This document shows positions 40,066 to 52,638 of a DNA stretch of 64,000 nt, piece by piece. A model generated the notes under the pieces. It was not told the DNA's origin. It did no database searches and saw only the letters and a list, made by a program, of their open reading frames with translations. Both the position numbers and the translations under genes were made by a program. The stretch comes from Oculina patagonica (taxonomy: Eukaryota), in the NCBI RefSeq assembly GCF_052425735.1, contig NC_135765.1, forward strand, positions 32,116,001-32,180,000, written 5' to 3'. Within the stretch, counting starts at the first letter, position 1. Each line of letters starts with the position of its first letter.

Positions 40066-40206
40066 CAACTACAAAAGATAACCTTGCTGGGTACAGCGCA
40101 TATTTTAAGGGGGGTGTTGTCAAGCTAAAAACTGGCTACCCTCTAGTGCCCCAGGACCATAGTTTGCTCTCGGCACTAAGGACTTTAAGCAACATTACGT
40201 GAGAAC

Positions 40207-40264
<58 letters not shown>

Positions 40265-41758
40265 TAATAATTAATAATAATAATAATAATAATATTTCGA
40301 ATAACAAAATGTTTTGTGAAACATTTGAGAAGAAAAATAAGCGATAGGAAAATAGAACGACGTTTCGATGACGCCATGTCATCATTATCAAGTTAAAATT
40401 ATAATACGGAGTTCATGCTTATATAGTGATCTAGGGTGTGATAATATATTAGCATATTGCAAACCCGGAATGAATATGCCATTCCTGCTTCACATCAACT
40501 TTCACCCTTGGTTATGATCCGAGGCAAGACAGTTATAAAATATTTTTTCCTCGTACATATATTTTGCTCAAAAATTTCGTTTAAACTCCAATGACAAGAA
40601 ATCTTAGTCGCTAAGGTTTCAAAGAATAGCCAATTCCAAGAAAATCAACTCTAACCGTCAGCAAAACATTTCAGTTCAACCTCATTCCTCATTTATTAAT
40701 TTTACAGTTATAAGTTCATTGCTTTTCCTAAAAAAATTGATTACATTTCACCGCAAAGAAGTAGAAAATTCAAGTTATAGAGAGCTTAATTTTTCGCAAA
40801 CCATGGAGTCTAAAAAAAAACTTCTAGAGTCTCGTACGGTCATGCTCAGTCGAACCCATCGATTTCGAAGCATGTTCAATTTTTAACGTTTCTTCACAGG
40901 GAGACCGCAACAGTTGAGAAATTGGATAAATTGATAAAAGAATATCACTCACATGGCTCCGTTCGTTCCCTATGTTAGTTTTCTTTATGCGCAGTCGATA
41001 GCTTATAATTACTGTTGTCGTATGCTAAGCTGTCTTGTGCGCGAGAGGAAGTCAGTTATGCTAATTTTCTCACTTTTTTTTCTAGGAAACAGCAGTTCCT
41101 CGCAAAACCAAATCTTGCATACTTCGCAACAGTTTTAAAGAGAATGCTATTATATCGTCTTATATTCGACAACCACAACCGACCAAACTGAGAAACTCAT
41201 TCGGTAATAGAATTAATCGGCAACAAGAGAAGAAAGCTTAAAGCTCTTGCTATTCCGAACCACCGACGTTTACAAAATGGTCGTCGGCAATATCATTTGG
41301 CTTTTCAATTTGAACTGCTTACGGTCTGCTTAAAAATATAAGCCATGTACGTATTGCTACAAGCTATAGCGGAGAGGAAAGACATAACAAACTGCGTATT
41401 AACCGTCTGCGATTTAAAGGCGTATATATAAAGCGTTTACCCATTTTGTTTGCGAGGTGTAACTATTTCTCACTGAAACATACGATAAAGGTTTGTTACT
41501 CATTGTTAATGATCACTTTGCGATGTCGAGTTGAAGATGAAGACATCAGAAAATTTTATGCTGTGTCATCATTTTTGTATCTTATCTTATGCAGTGTCAT
41601 CACTTTTGCAACCATTGCTCGGCAATGAATCATCTCTATATGCTTGAAATTAAACATCTTCCAACTGAGGTTAATACATAACTGTTCTTACCTTTCGCAT
41701 ACGTTAGCGAAGAGCTTGTCAGAAGCAAAACAATGCAAGGAAGAAACGTCCAGTTCAT
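33012..41758 (-). CDS. Cluster paralogue 4, divergent, 7 exons (~253 aa), with two extra 20-aa stalk exons; intact
   Basis: Exons 41758-41692 (MNWTFLPCIVLLLTSSSLTYAK), 37853-37717, 37208-36996, 36560-36464, 35028-34969, 34361-34302, 33139-33012 (WSNSIPWRALMITGIVISCCICCGCCCCCCCRRGFFVTEINT*). All introns GT-AG and frame-compatible. Confidence 0.78.
34140..35100. repeat. Local tandem duplication (~670-bp period) carrying the stalk exons of paralogue 4
   Basis: 34140-34440 and 34815-35100 are homologous (catcgttaattgtta..catatacgcgcggatg..aaagtttgtttaaatttggtacaaaagcttc). Confidence 0.8.
38120..39645. mobile_element. Nested LINE 3' fragments (- strand 38120-38760; + strand 38930-39645)
   Basis: Post-RT motifs LRFETGRY..IPRNERLCNFC, LPHLEYC, YGDRSFSVIAPKLWNDL and YDLRG..LWNNLP. 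Confidence 0.7.
40005..40292 (+). mobile_element. Severely 5'-truncated R4/Dong-like non-LTR element inside an (AAT)n microsatellite
   Basis: LQKITLLGTAHILRGVLS* C-terminus plus a short 3'UTR, with (AAT)n tracts on both sides. Confidence 0.6.
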
Positions 41759-42495
41759 TTTGACAATCGCACGGTCTTGCTGGGGCTCAAAGGCTTGCTT
41801 TCCTCGCTCAATTGTTGTGTCACAACCGTGATACTTTGTCATCACAAGACCATTCCGAAGATTCTCGATTTATCGTCAATTTCCGTAATAGCAGGTATAC
41901 TGGACGCTGATTGGTCGTCATTTCTCGTGTTGACGATAAACGGGACAGCGATCGATACTGATTTGAAACGAGGTGGCAATCGGGCAGCAATCGGTACTTC
42001 AAATGGGCTCGCCTACAGACTGGAATGTTCGAAGTTAATTGATCGGGTTCCGACCAACCATCAGATGATAATTTCAGATGCCATTGCTCGCGTTGAGACG
42101 TTTTTGCAAGTTCTCGGTTCTTTCTATCATGTCTTATTTTACAATAAGAAGTGTGAATTGGCACAGCTTTCGCGGATTGTACTTTCTTGGTCAGCGATAC
42201 AAATATTTTACTGTTGCTGCGACTTTACGAACTTCCAAGTAGTTGAAAAATCGTTCGTTTCCTTTCAGTTGCGGAGCCGGAAATCAGTCTTGTCTTCGAA
42301 GTCAAGCAACAATTTCAAGAGGCAGAATGAATTCCTTTTGTAGTGACGAAGCAACTCTTTCGGGAGGCAGAATCAACAAATACATGAAGGTATTTGTTTC
42401 CAGAAAGTTCTCTGACCTATTGTTTACAAGTAGCCTTGCGGTTTGCCAAATTTGTTTATTATTATTGTTTCCGTGGGTTGGCTGTCAATTCCTTG

Positions 42496-43207
42496 AGCCT
42501 GGTTTTCACTAGCGACGCAAGCACAAACGCAAGCGCAAGCACAAGCATAAGTAGTTTGTGCCAAGTGAAAACGAACGTCGACATTAGCATAAGTATGAGC
42601 GTAAAAAAACGATGTTTACTAGTTAGAAGACCTCCGTTTTTGACTTCCGTTCTCGGCAAATACATGTGCGAATATGGCGTCAGAAACTATCAGGCATCGA
42701 GTGCTGCTGTCTCATCTACTCTTGTGACAAAGAAAGCGAAAGCAACTAAAAAAGAAGGAAAACGAAACATTTGGGGCTATAGATATTTTTAAAGAAAGAA
42801 GAAGGCATCTCCATTACTTTCGCTACTCGTGCCCACGCTTGTGCCTTTTTGTTTTTGTCATTTATTCCCTACACTCTTCCGAACAACTTCGGAAAACTTT
42901 TATCAAAATCAACTGCGGCCTCCGACACTTTTTTCAAATGCTCAGGCGCACCGGAATCTGAAACGAGTGTTTTTATTGGTTAGACATGGCTAGACGTAAA
43001 CAACTTTCTTGTGCTAATGCGGTGTTTCGTTTTCACACGAACGCAAGCACAAGCGCAAGCACAAGGAAAGGAAAAATTTTAATCCTTGTGCTTGTGCTTG
43101 CGCTCGTGCTTATGCTTGCGTTGAAGCCGTTTTCACGGTGAAATAAGAGCTGTTATGCCTGCGTTTGTGCTTGCGCTTGTGCTTGCATCGCTAGTGAAAA
43201 CCAGGCT
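42496..43207. mobile_element. MITE (Harbinger-like) upstream of paralogue 4
   Basis: TIR agcctggttttcactagcga / tcgctagtgaaaaccaggct; internal gcaagcacaa repeats. Confidence 0.8.
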
Positions 43208-45445
43208 TTACAGCTTTCTTTTGTTGCGGGCGACCAGAGGAGCCCGCAATCCTAATCTCAACGTTGCTATTACGCATGCGCGGCATGTATATAGCCAGAT
43301 CGACAGCCAGATCCTTACCCGATTTTGTGGACTTCCACTAAGAATGAATGGAGTGACAAGAATTTTTTTAAAGATGGCCGCCGCGTTGGCCAGTGTACTC
43401 AATTTTCATAGCCAAAGTTTCGCATCATTGTTGTGCTCACGTCCATTTAAAAGTTTGACAATGGAAAGAAACAGTTTTAAAGAATACGCAATTCTCGCTA
43501 TGATGTCAAAAGAAGAACAGCAAGCGATGAAAACCTGTTTCACAGGCTTACCATCCTATGTTTGTGAGGTCACAGCATGCCCATATGAATATTCAAATTT
43601 CTTCACTTATTGTTATTGTAAATATTTAAGCTTTCTAAAATCGACTTTTACGACTCGTATTTGTAATAAAATGAAATAGAAATATTTTCGCATTGTTTAG
43701 GTTTGTTTTAATGCCGTTTTCTTGGCGATGTCTAAGGCGTGCAACTTAGACATCGACGAATCGGGTACCGCCTCTGGAATGTAGCCGAAAAAACATATTT
43801 CCTCGAATCGCGAACCTTTTAATTCACCTCTTAAAAAAATAAATGACAACTGCCGATTCACTTATAAAGTCGACAATAAAACCACAAACATTAAATGCGG
43901 ATCGCGGATTTCTAAAAATTGTGACCTGGATCCCGGACTCTTTATGTCAGGAAGTTCAGATCGTGGATATATATACTAAACTAAGTTCAGATTACTTTGG
44001 TCGGTCTTTGTCGGTATGTTCGCAGAATTGTCGCAAAAATATTAAAAAACGCCTAAAGAAATTGGCATTCAGTTAAAACAACATTTACTATCCGTTGCAG
44101 TGAAACTACACCACACAAAGTTTTCAAGTAATGCGGATTCGGATAATTCAACGAAAATAGTGGCGGATTTAGCACGGTTCAGCGGATTTGCGTACCCCTC
44201 TTCACCCCCTCCAGAATTAACTCGCCAACTTTATCGCGATTGTATCTCGTAAAGTTCAAAATCGAGTTCGTGCAACAGTTTTCTTGTGCAGCTATTTATT
44301 ATCAATCATCAATGCAAAATGACAGTATCTGTTATTACACGAGTGACTACACCTCTTTTAGAAAATAGCCTCGATCGAGGCTTCTTCAACTAATCATTAT
44401 AAGCAACAATGGTCATTCTTGACATGTTCTCAAATCTACAGGATCCTGAATAGAATTCAAGAAACGTGTGCTCGCTAAAGAGGAGCCTAAAGGGGTAAAA
44501 TGGGAACTGGGATTTGGGCAATTTTTTCACTGGGTAAACGAAAATTGGGTCACTGGGACTGGTAATCACAAGCAAATAAACAATACTGACCCGGAATGGG
44601 ATTTCGAAAATCGAGAAAAAATAGGCGGGAAAGAGAATGGAAAATTGGGCTGGGAAATGGGATTTAAACCACCCCTTCAGGACCCTCCAAAAAGTGCATC
44701 TTTTTACAACACTAAATCGAACGAAGCGACTGGGTTAAAAATTGCTTGGAGACATGATTATCTATCGCTTATCTACCTGCTTATTATGGCTAAAGCTTAC
44801 TTCATAACATTTATAAACACGCCGGCACGTAAAGTAAAAGTGTGTTTCTTGAAATGATATATATTTAGCCGGTGTCAACCTAGCAACATCACCGAATTTA
44901 GAAAAATTACATGTAATAATATCCGATAAATTGTCTGAACAATATCAGCTTGAACTCTAAAAGAGCTTCTACTTTAAAACTACTGCAGTGTTTTTGTTTG
45001 TAATTTTTTATTTTCATTTACTATTTTTACATTAACAGTAGATCACTTCAAGACTACATTACAATACATCATCGTTTGAAGTAAAGAAAACATAATTACA
45101 AATATATTACTAAAAAAGAAAACACTTCATCACCTACAGCACAGCATTATTGTAGCCTCATAACCTCATTCAAAATACTTATTATTGGCATACACACATA
45201 CTGCAGTGTTACAAACGTCGTAAAATCATGAATTTTTTTTACATGAGGTGTTTATTTAATTTATCCTAGTTTGTGACTGGTGAAATTTATATTACAGCAG
45301 AATTTAATACGAAAAAAACTTTAAGGGGCTTAGAAATTAGCAATTCCTTTCACACTGTGTACCCAGGTCACGTGACCAGCCGTGGTGTTGGTACAGATTA
45401 CCAAGACAGTCACGTGACAGTAGGACTTGTTAGAGGGACGGTACC

Positions 45446-48400
45446 TCAGCAGCAGCATTTAATGCAGCAGTAGCAAAGGCAACAGGAAACTAATACCGAA
45501 AGAACCCCTCCACCGATCGTAAGCCACAAATCAAATGACCCTAAACGAAAGAACGAATATAAGCTCAGTTTGATGTTGAACCACATTAATTAATTGAATT
45601 TATCACAGCATATTCAGTCAATTTTATATTGTACAGAGCTACCTTTAACCCAAGGAAACCGTAAATGATAGCAAGGTTGCAGTGTTGCATAAGAAAGAGA
45701 AAAATCGTTTAACTGGGTAATGTTTTAAAGACTTTTACTTACCACAGTCAATCGACAGGAATCCATCTACCACAGTCACATTTACGGGATACATCTGTGC
45801 CCCAAAAATCTTCCCTCCAGCTAGGAGGTTCACCTGTTAAAATACGGGAACTGCTATCAAGTATCTCGCCGTCATGTTCTATGAATAACAACTGATCAAT
45901 AAACCCGATAAATTATAAAAAAATATATTACTTTGTAGAAATATAACTATTTTAAGCAGCATCAGTTTTCACTTCAGACAGCTGTAAAAGCAATAATCAT
46001 GTCCTGCATCCTGGAGTTTTGTCCAGTTGTGGGGAGCTCAATGCTGAACAGTGAGTCATGTGCATTCAAGTCATTCAGTTACGTGTTAAAAGAAATAGTG
46101 TCACTGATGTGCGGTGAACATTGCTCCGGATTCGCAGAGATGCCCGGTGTCGCTTTCTCTTCAAAGAAATTAAACTTTTAAGTAAGTCTTAAACACAGCC
46201 TTCAAGAATAGCAGGGGCTATTGTTTTAAATTTTTATTATGTTATACTCGTAGTTAGGTAGGTAGGTAGGTAGGTAGGTAGGGGCGTACGTAGGTAGGTA
46301 CGTAGGCAGTTTAGTAGGTAGGTAGTTTTTTCATTGATGGAAATACCGGGTTAAAATAATTTCGTTCTGCGGGGTGGGAAATGGGAGGGGGAGGGGATCC
46401 CCCCCGCGCGCGCGCTGCATCGGAATGGAGTGACGTAGTGGAATTTTGAATGACTGTACATTGAATCCAACACGAAGCACTTACCGTTACATTCAGTTTT
46501 TCATCGCCAGGCCGGACTTGAACTTATACACCTGCAGTTCCGATACTGGTCATGGAAACAGTGAAACCTGGTATTGCTATAATGCCGTCACTTGTAAAAG
46601 TATGTGACCAATTGATATTCAGATCAGGAACGTTTATCCCGACGGTTGCACTCACGCCATCACACTCGTTGACCTGACAGGCAACAAAACTAGTATAACA
46701 TTAAAAGGAAAAGGTTGAGTCACGGTCAGTTGAGTTTAAAACATTATTTTCTATTCAAAGTGTTGAATGTTTAGTTTGATGACATAATTCTCAAAAGGTG
46801 CTGCACCATGAATACCTTCAATGTAAATATAACAGTTTTTCCGACAAAATCCATTTTGCAGGTGAGTTTCGTGCAATCAGCACTGATGCTGCATCCTTTA
46901 TCGACTGTCTCGGGAGAGTTTTCACAAGTACCATTCAACTTTAGAAGAGGCTTAGCTAAAAGAAAAAAACAAAAGTACTTATACAGCTAATTCGAGAAAG
47001 GTTGTCGTACTGAGAAGCACAAAGTGCACGCGACAAGACCGAAAGGTGGTCTAGGTGTTCACTGGAATTTTGCATATCGGCCTAGAGGAAAAATTGTATT
47101 TTTGCACAAGCTACTGAAAAGGCCTCTCAGGAGGCCTTTTCAGTAGCTTTACTTTTACTTTCGCATGTCTTTGAGTTCTGAAAATTCTTCTAAACTTCAG
47201 CATATCACTATTCAACTTGTTAAGTTTTTGACTTTTTAATGAAATGCGTGTTGCATTTTGTCACTAGACTCAATTTTGCAATATTTGCTGCCAAGCCCAA
47301 GAGGAGGATGTTCCAAAGGTGCGTCCTTTAACGCGACTGGGTGGTGGGGTAGATGTGGAGGAGAAAGTAATTTGCCGCAAAAAAAAAAAAAATTCAATAG
47401 CGTTTTCTGAATCAAAGTAAGGACCCCTCTAATTAAAAAAAAAACCCGATCCACTCCTGTATGGCATTATTTAATAAAAAACTGCCAAAGAACTTATGTT
47501 TATATTTTAATTTTAAATTTAGCTTCAACCTTTCTGTTGTTTTTAACTTAAACATTCTTGATGTACTAACATTTCTGTTGTATTATAGCGCTTATTAATA
47601 TTCTTCGTCACCTACCTAGTGGCTTTCTATATAAGTCAGTGCATTATATTATCTTTGTCAGGTTTGTCTTGTAATATATATACGAATTGAAATATTACGT
47701 TTACTTTTTTGTTGGTCGGTTGTTCTTGCTTATACTTACATTTTAAGTTTGCGAGATGTTCCTTCGAGTAGTTTGTCGACGGCAAAGATATCTATATCAG
47801 TTTTAGATCTGACTTTGATTTTAATCTAGCCTAACACATGTCGCCTGTAAAAGCAGTCATCATTTTTAAATCTGGCCTTGACACACTTCAAAAAACATTT
47901 GTTATCGTGCTAAAAGACAGTTGAGGGGGCGATATAAAGACTTATACTTGCCACATTGAAACCGCAGGTCTCCCTCTATTACAGTCACTTTCACAGGAAA
48001 ATCGCCTTTTCCCAAAACCTTAGTTCCAGCTAGAACCCTCGCCTATTGAAAGAGGACAAGAACTGTCAGATTTCTCGTCCTCTCGTTCGTTGGAAGGAAT
48101 GACGTCATTCATAAAGCCTATAGCACGTTACATCGTTTAGCATAGATAACGACGTCAGTCTTGAATTCTTGAAAAGGTGTTTTTCCTAGTTGAGTATGTT
48201 TTGAATTTGTAATGATACAAATTGAACTGTTACGAGTCAAACGAGTTCGTAGGACACCTGTTAATGTCACTCCACAGTTGAAGTCACGACGACGATGAAG
48301 GGAAATGTGCTCAACAAAGAGTCAGAAAAGGTTTACTAATTTTTTGGTGTCGTTGTAAGGGGTTGCGAAGACGTAATAGACGAAGATGACGAACACAAAG

Positions 48401-51400
48401 GCGAGCGAGCGCATTAAAAGCAAAATAGAAGAAAAAGAGGACTGCTCGCATTCTGAAGACGTAGGCGTTCAGCCAATTCTTTAGAGATTTGAACTAAACA
48501 AGACGCTTATATGCGTGCTGTTTTGACGGAACACTGCCTAATTTTATTGGTGTATAGCCACTCGCTTTCCAAGACATAAGACAGACGTCATCACATTCGT
48601 GAAATTTTGGGGTTATGATGTAACTAAAGTGTATTTCGCAGCGCAAACGCTTTGGGAAACACTTTTAACGTGGCTTTTAACCGTTTTAGGCTATGTAGAG
48701 CTTTACGACTTCAAAAGTATATCTGAAGACTGTATGTCGAATCCAACACTAACCGTTACATGCAGTTTGTCATCGATAGGACTGAGCTCGACTTGAACGA
48801 AAACGCCTGTATCAATGATGCCATGGAAGGATGTAGTGAAACCTGGCACTTGTACAATTTCGTTACTGGTGTAAACATGGGACCAAGTGATGTGCAAATC
48901 AGGAACTTCCACTGTGGTAGTTGCGCTCACCTTGTCACCACATTTATTGACCTCACGGACAACAAAATCAATATCACATTTAGTAAGGGAAAGATTGATT
49001 CACATGTGTTGCATCTTTTTCTATTCAAAGTGTTGTACAGTAAAACCCACATAAGTTAGCCTAAGAAGGTTCCTAATACCGAATTTAATAAAATAAGCAC
49101 CTGTTTCAAATTTTAGGCTAAATGTTAGGTTTTAATGTAATGGGGGTCTCAATGGAAAGTCTAAGCCTAGCAGGTTCGTTATCACCAGGTTATTATGTGC
49201 GGGGTTTGCTGCACGTTGTGATGTCTAGCTGTTACTTTAGATCTGTTTCGTGTAAGTACTGAGGTTGATCAGAGTTAACTCCGGGTTGATTCACAAAGAC
49301 CAATCCCTAACGTCCTCGTTCGTGGGAGGTGGGCAACGGTGGAGTAGGGGACTGCCTGTCAGGGTGAAGTACAGTGGGACTTAGGTCCCGGGGCCGCTAC
49401 GGTAGCTGTGAAGGCCTGGCAGGAACCCTGAACAAGCTGGCAAATAGGGGCTATGGCAAGTCTGCAGTAGGCTAGTCACCCCCTCAGACTCAACATGTGA
49501 CTACAGAAACCGAAACAGAAGAGGCCTTATGCGTCCAATGGCGCGAAAAGGATCGATGATGATGATTATTCACAAATGAGTTGTTGTCCACGATGAAGCA
49601 ATTTCAACTGTTCGTTTCTGTCAGTATACTACGATCTCTACTACTGTACATGCACTGATTACCTTTAACTTAAATATTATAGGCATCTCCACAAACTTCA
49701 TTTCACACTTGATTGTGCTGCAGTCGCTACTGATGCTGCATCCATTCGCGAGAGTCTTGACAGAGCCATCGCAAGTGCCGTTGAGCTTTGCAGTCTCAGC
49801 TAAAAAAATGATTAATAATTTCAATATTTCAATATTCCCCTTGTTTAAAAACATCACTGAACATTTTCACTCACAAACACAATCACTTGAATTACTTTAT
49901 TGTTGAACGGCTGAACTGATGGCTTCAATATTCCTCCCGGCCGACCCCACCTGCTACCTAACTGCAAGACTGCTAAATGATACAGGACCAGAATAGAAAA
50001 GTAATGGTTAAGAAAACTTCCTTCTGTTTTATAGCACTCCCTTTGTTGTTGTTTTTTTACGAAATAAAAGAAAATTCTAATTTTCGGTCTTGTCGCAGGA
50101 TTCTCAATATTGAGTAGTCCAGTCCCTGAACTCTCTCTTCCGCGCCCTATATAGGGGCTGAACCCCTATAAAGAACGCGCGCGGAAGAGAGACATTGAGT
50201 CTTTAATAGATTTTTCCTAGCAAATTTAACGTTGCTGTATGCTTGCGAAAAAATTTTGAAAAACTGTTTAAAATTTAATGAAAGAAATCTTAGTCGCCAA
50301 GGTTTAAAATTTCCTAGAAAATCAACGCTAAAGTAAAACATTTTCCCGCTCAACCTCAGTTATTAATTTTACCCTTATAAGTCCATTTTTTCCCTAAAGA
50401 ATTGGTAATATTTCACCCGCAAAGAAGTACAAAAATTCAGTTATACAGAGCTTTTAATTTTTTTTTCGCAAACCAGAAATTCTAACCAAACTTTTAGTGT
50501 CTCGTACAGTCATGCGTAGCCGAACTCATCGATTCCGAAGGATGTTGAATTCTTAAAATGATTTTCAATTTTTTTTTAACTTTTGCAGACCCGAAACGAA
50601 TATGCCATTCGTGCTTCACAGGTCAACTTTCACCCTTTGTTAAGGTCCGAAGAAAGAACCTATAAAATATTTTTCTCTCGTAAAATTTATTTTGCTGTAT
50701 GCTTCTGAAATAAACTTCTAAAAATTTAATGACAAGAAATCTTAGTCGCCGAGGTTTCAGAGAACTGGCCGTAAAATTCCAAGAAAATAAACAGTAACCG
50801 TCGGCAAAACATTTTTCCCGCTCAATTTCAGTTATTTATTTTACCGTTATAAGTTCATACTTTTCCTAAAGAAATGATAAAAGAAGTAGAAATGTCAGGT
50901 GTATAAAGCTTAATTTTTCACAAACCAGAAAGTCTAACAAAACTTCGATAATCCGACGCAAACAATCATGCGTAGCCGTACCTATCGACTCCGAAGGATT
51001 TTTAATTTTTAATGATTTTCAAAAGTTTTTAAAAACTTCTGCAGACCCGAAACAAAAATGCCATTCGGAATTCCTGCTTTACAGATCAACTTCTACCTTT
51101 GGTTAACTTATAATCCGAGGCAAGAACTTATAAAAAAGTTATCCCTGGTATATTTATTTTGCTATGAAATTTCGAAAAAAAGTTGTAAAAATTTATGACA
51201 AGAAATCCGGGGTCTCTGACTTTCCAAAGAAATTCCAAGAAAATCAACGCTACTCAATGCGCTGCGCTATACTTTCGAAAAAAACTTTTAAAAAATTAAT
51301 GACAAGAAAACTTTAATAGTCGCCGAAGTTTTTAAACAAACGCAAATTCCAGGAAAATCGAAGCTAACCGTTGGCAAAACATTTTCCCGTTCAACCTTAG

Positions 51401-52481
51401 TTATTTATTTTACGTTTATAAGTCCATTACTTTTCCTAAGGAATTAATTACATTTCAACGTAAAGAAGTAAAAAATTCAGGTACACAGAGCTTAAATTTT
51501 CGCAAACCAGAAAGTGAAACACAAAACTCCCAGAGTCTCGAAAGGTCAGGTTTCGCCAAACCCATCGATTCCGAAGAATGTTTAATTTTTAATGATTTTT
51601 TTTTTTTAAATAAAAACTTTTGCAGACCCGCAAGGAATATACTATTCCTACTTCACAGATCAACTTCCACCCTTGCTTACCATCCGAGGAAAGAACTTAT
51701 AAAAGAATTTTGTCTCGCATTTTGCCGTATACTTTATTTTAATAACAAGAAATATTAGTCGCCGAAGTTTCAAACAAAATAGCAAATTCCAAGAAAATCA
51801 TCGCTAACCGTCGGCACAAGATAAAAGTACATTAATTTTCCAAAGGAATTGATACATTTCACCGCAAAGAAGTAGAAAATTCACGTATATAGAACTTAAT
51901 TTTTCTCAAAACAGAAAGTCTAACAAACTCGGCGAGAGCCTAATAAGGTCATGGTTAGCCAAATCCAGCGATTTCGGATGTTTAATTTTTAATGATTTTT
52001 TTCTTAAGTTTTTAAATTTTGCAGAACCGAAATGAATATGCCACCTTTGGTTGTGATCGAAGGAATGATCTTAAAAAGATTTTTCCCTTGTAAATATGTT
52101 TTGCAGTCTAGTTTCTAAATATGAAAACGTTTAAATTAAAAGTTTAATGACAAGAAACTTTAGTCGCCGATCGCGAGGTTTCCACGACATGGTTAAATTA
52201 CAAGAAAATCAACGCTGGCGGAGGCAAATCATTTTCCGTCGTACTTTTTTCAATTTTTTGCTTTAGCTGTAAAGAATAAGTTGCATTTCACCGACAAAAT
52301 GGAGCTTTTAAGTATATAAAGCGCTACTTTTCACACTTATAATAAATCATAACCATAAATTGTTACTCCAGCGAGTGAGTTTTTAAGAAGTAAGGAAATT
52401 ACCTGCAACTGAAGAAATTACTTGGCTTAAAACAAGAATAAAAACTCCAGTGGCAAGTCCAGTGACTCCTGGCGCAGTCAT
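45446..52481 (-). CDS. Cluster paralogue 5 with two tandem ectodomain modules, 8 exons; in-frame TAA in module 2 (pseudogene or module-skipping isoform)
   Basis: Exons 52481-52403 (signal), 49799-49663, 48951-48754, 48042-47952 (GC donor), 46955-46816, 46673-46485 (GVYVQV>GV*VQV, stop at 46524-46526), 45833-45743, 45540-45446 (TM, ends CCLCYCCIKCCC*). Confidence 0.75.
49270..49566 (+). mobile_element. Non-autonomous RTE-like retroelement with a decayed HDV-like ribozyme at its 5' end
   Basis: tcccta-acg-TCCTCGTT-cgt-gggaggt-gg-gcaacggt-ggag-taggg at the 5' end; gccttatgcgtcc..(gat)n 3' end. Confidence 0.5.
50200..52330. repeat. Degenerate tandem array (~450-580-bp unit, ~4-5 copies) in intron 1 of paralogue 5
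   Basis: Recurrent gacaagaaatcttagtcgcc, accgcaaagaagtagaaaattca and gcagacccgaaa motifs; single related units at ~40460-40900 and ~61280-61640. Confidence 0.75.
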
Positions 52482-52577
52482 TTTCACAGAGGAAAGACAA
52501 GAAGCTACCATATGCAGATGGCGCCTCCGCCGCTGTTAAACCCTTCAGCTTCGACAACTTGATTTCTGAGGGATTCT

Positions 52578-52638
52578 GGAAATTTCCGGTTTGACTGGTT
52601 TTGAAGCATTCTCCAAAACGAAGCTTTGTTTCTTGAAA
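52578..52638 (-). promoter_or_regulatory. kappaB site with degenerate GAS pair, paralogue 5
   Basis: GGAAATTTCC 52578-52587; the GAS positions have decayed (ttctccaaa, ttcttgaaa). Confidence 0.5.

Noticed and set aside
39940-40391. Poly-Ile/Tyr ORFs
   Set aside because: Translations of (AAT)n microsatellites.
41777-42343. 188-aa ORF on +
   Set aside because: Starts at TTG, has no recognisable motif, and lies antisense over the promoter of paralogue 4.
43155-43679. 174-aa ORF with a signal-like N-terminus
   Set aside because: The hydrophobic start is the translated MITE TIR; the rest has no coding signature.
50200-52330. CRISPR-like repeat array
   Set aside because: Units are long and degenerate with no unique spacers; eukaryotic intron; no cas genes.
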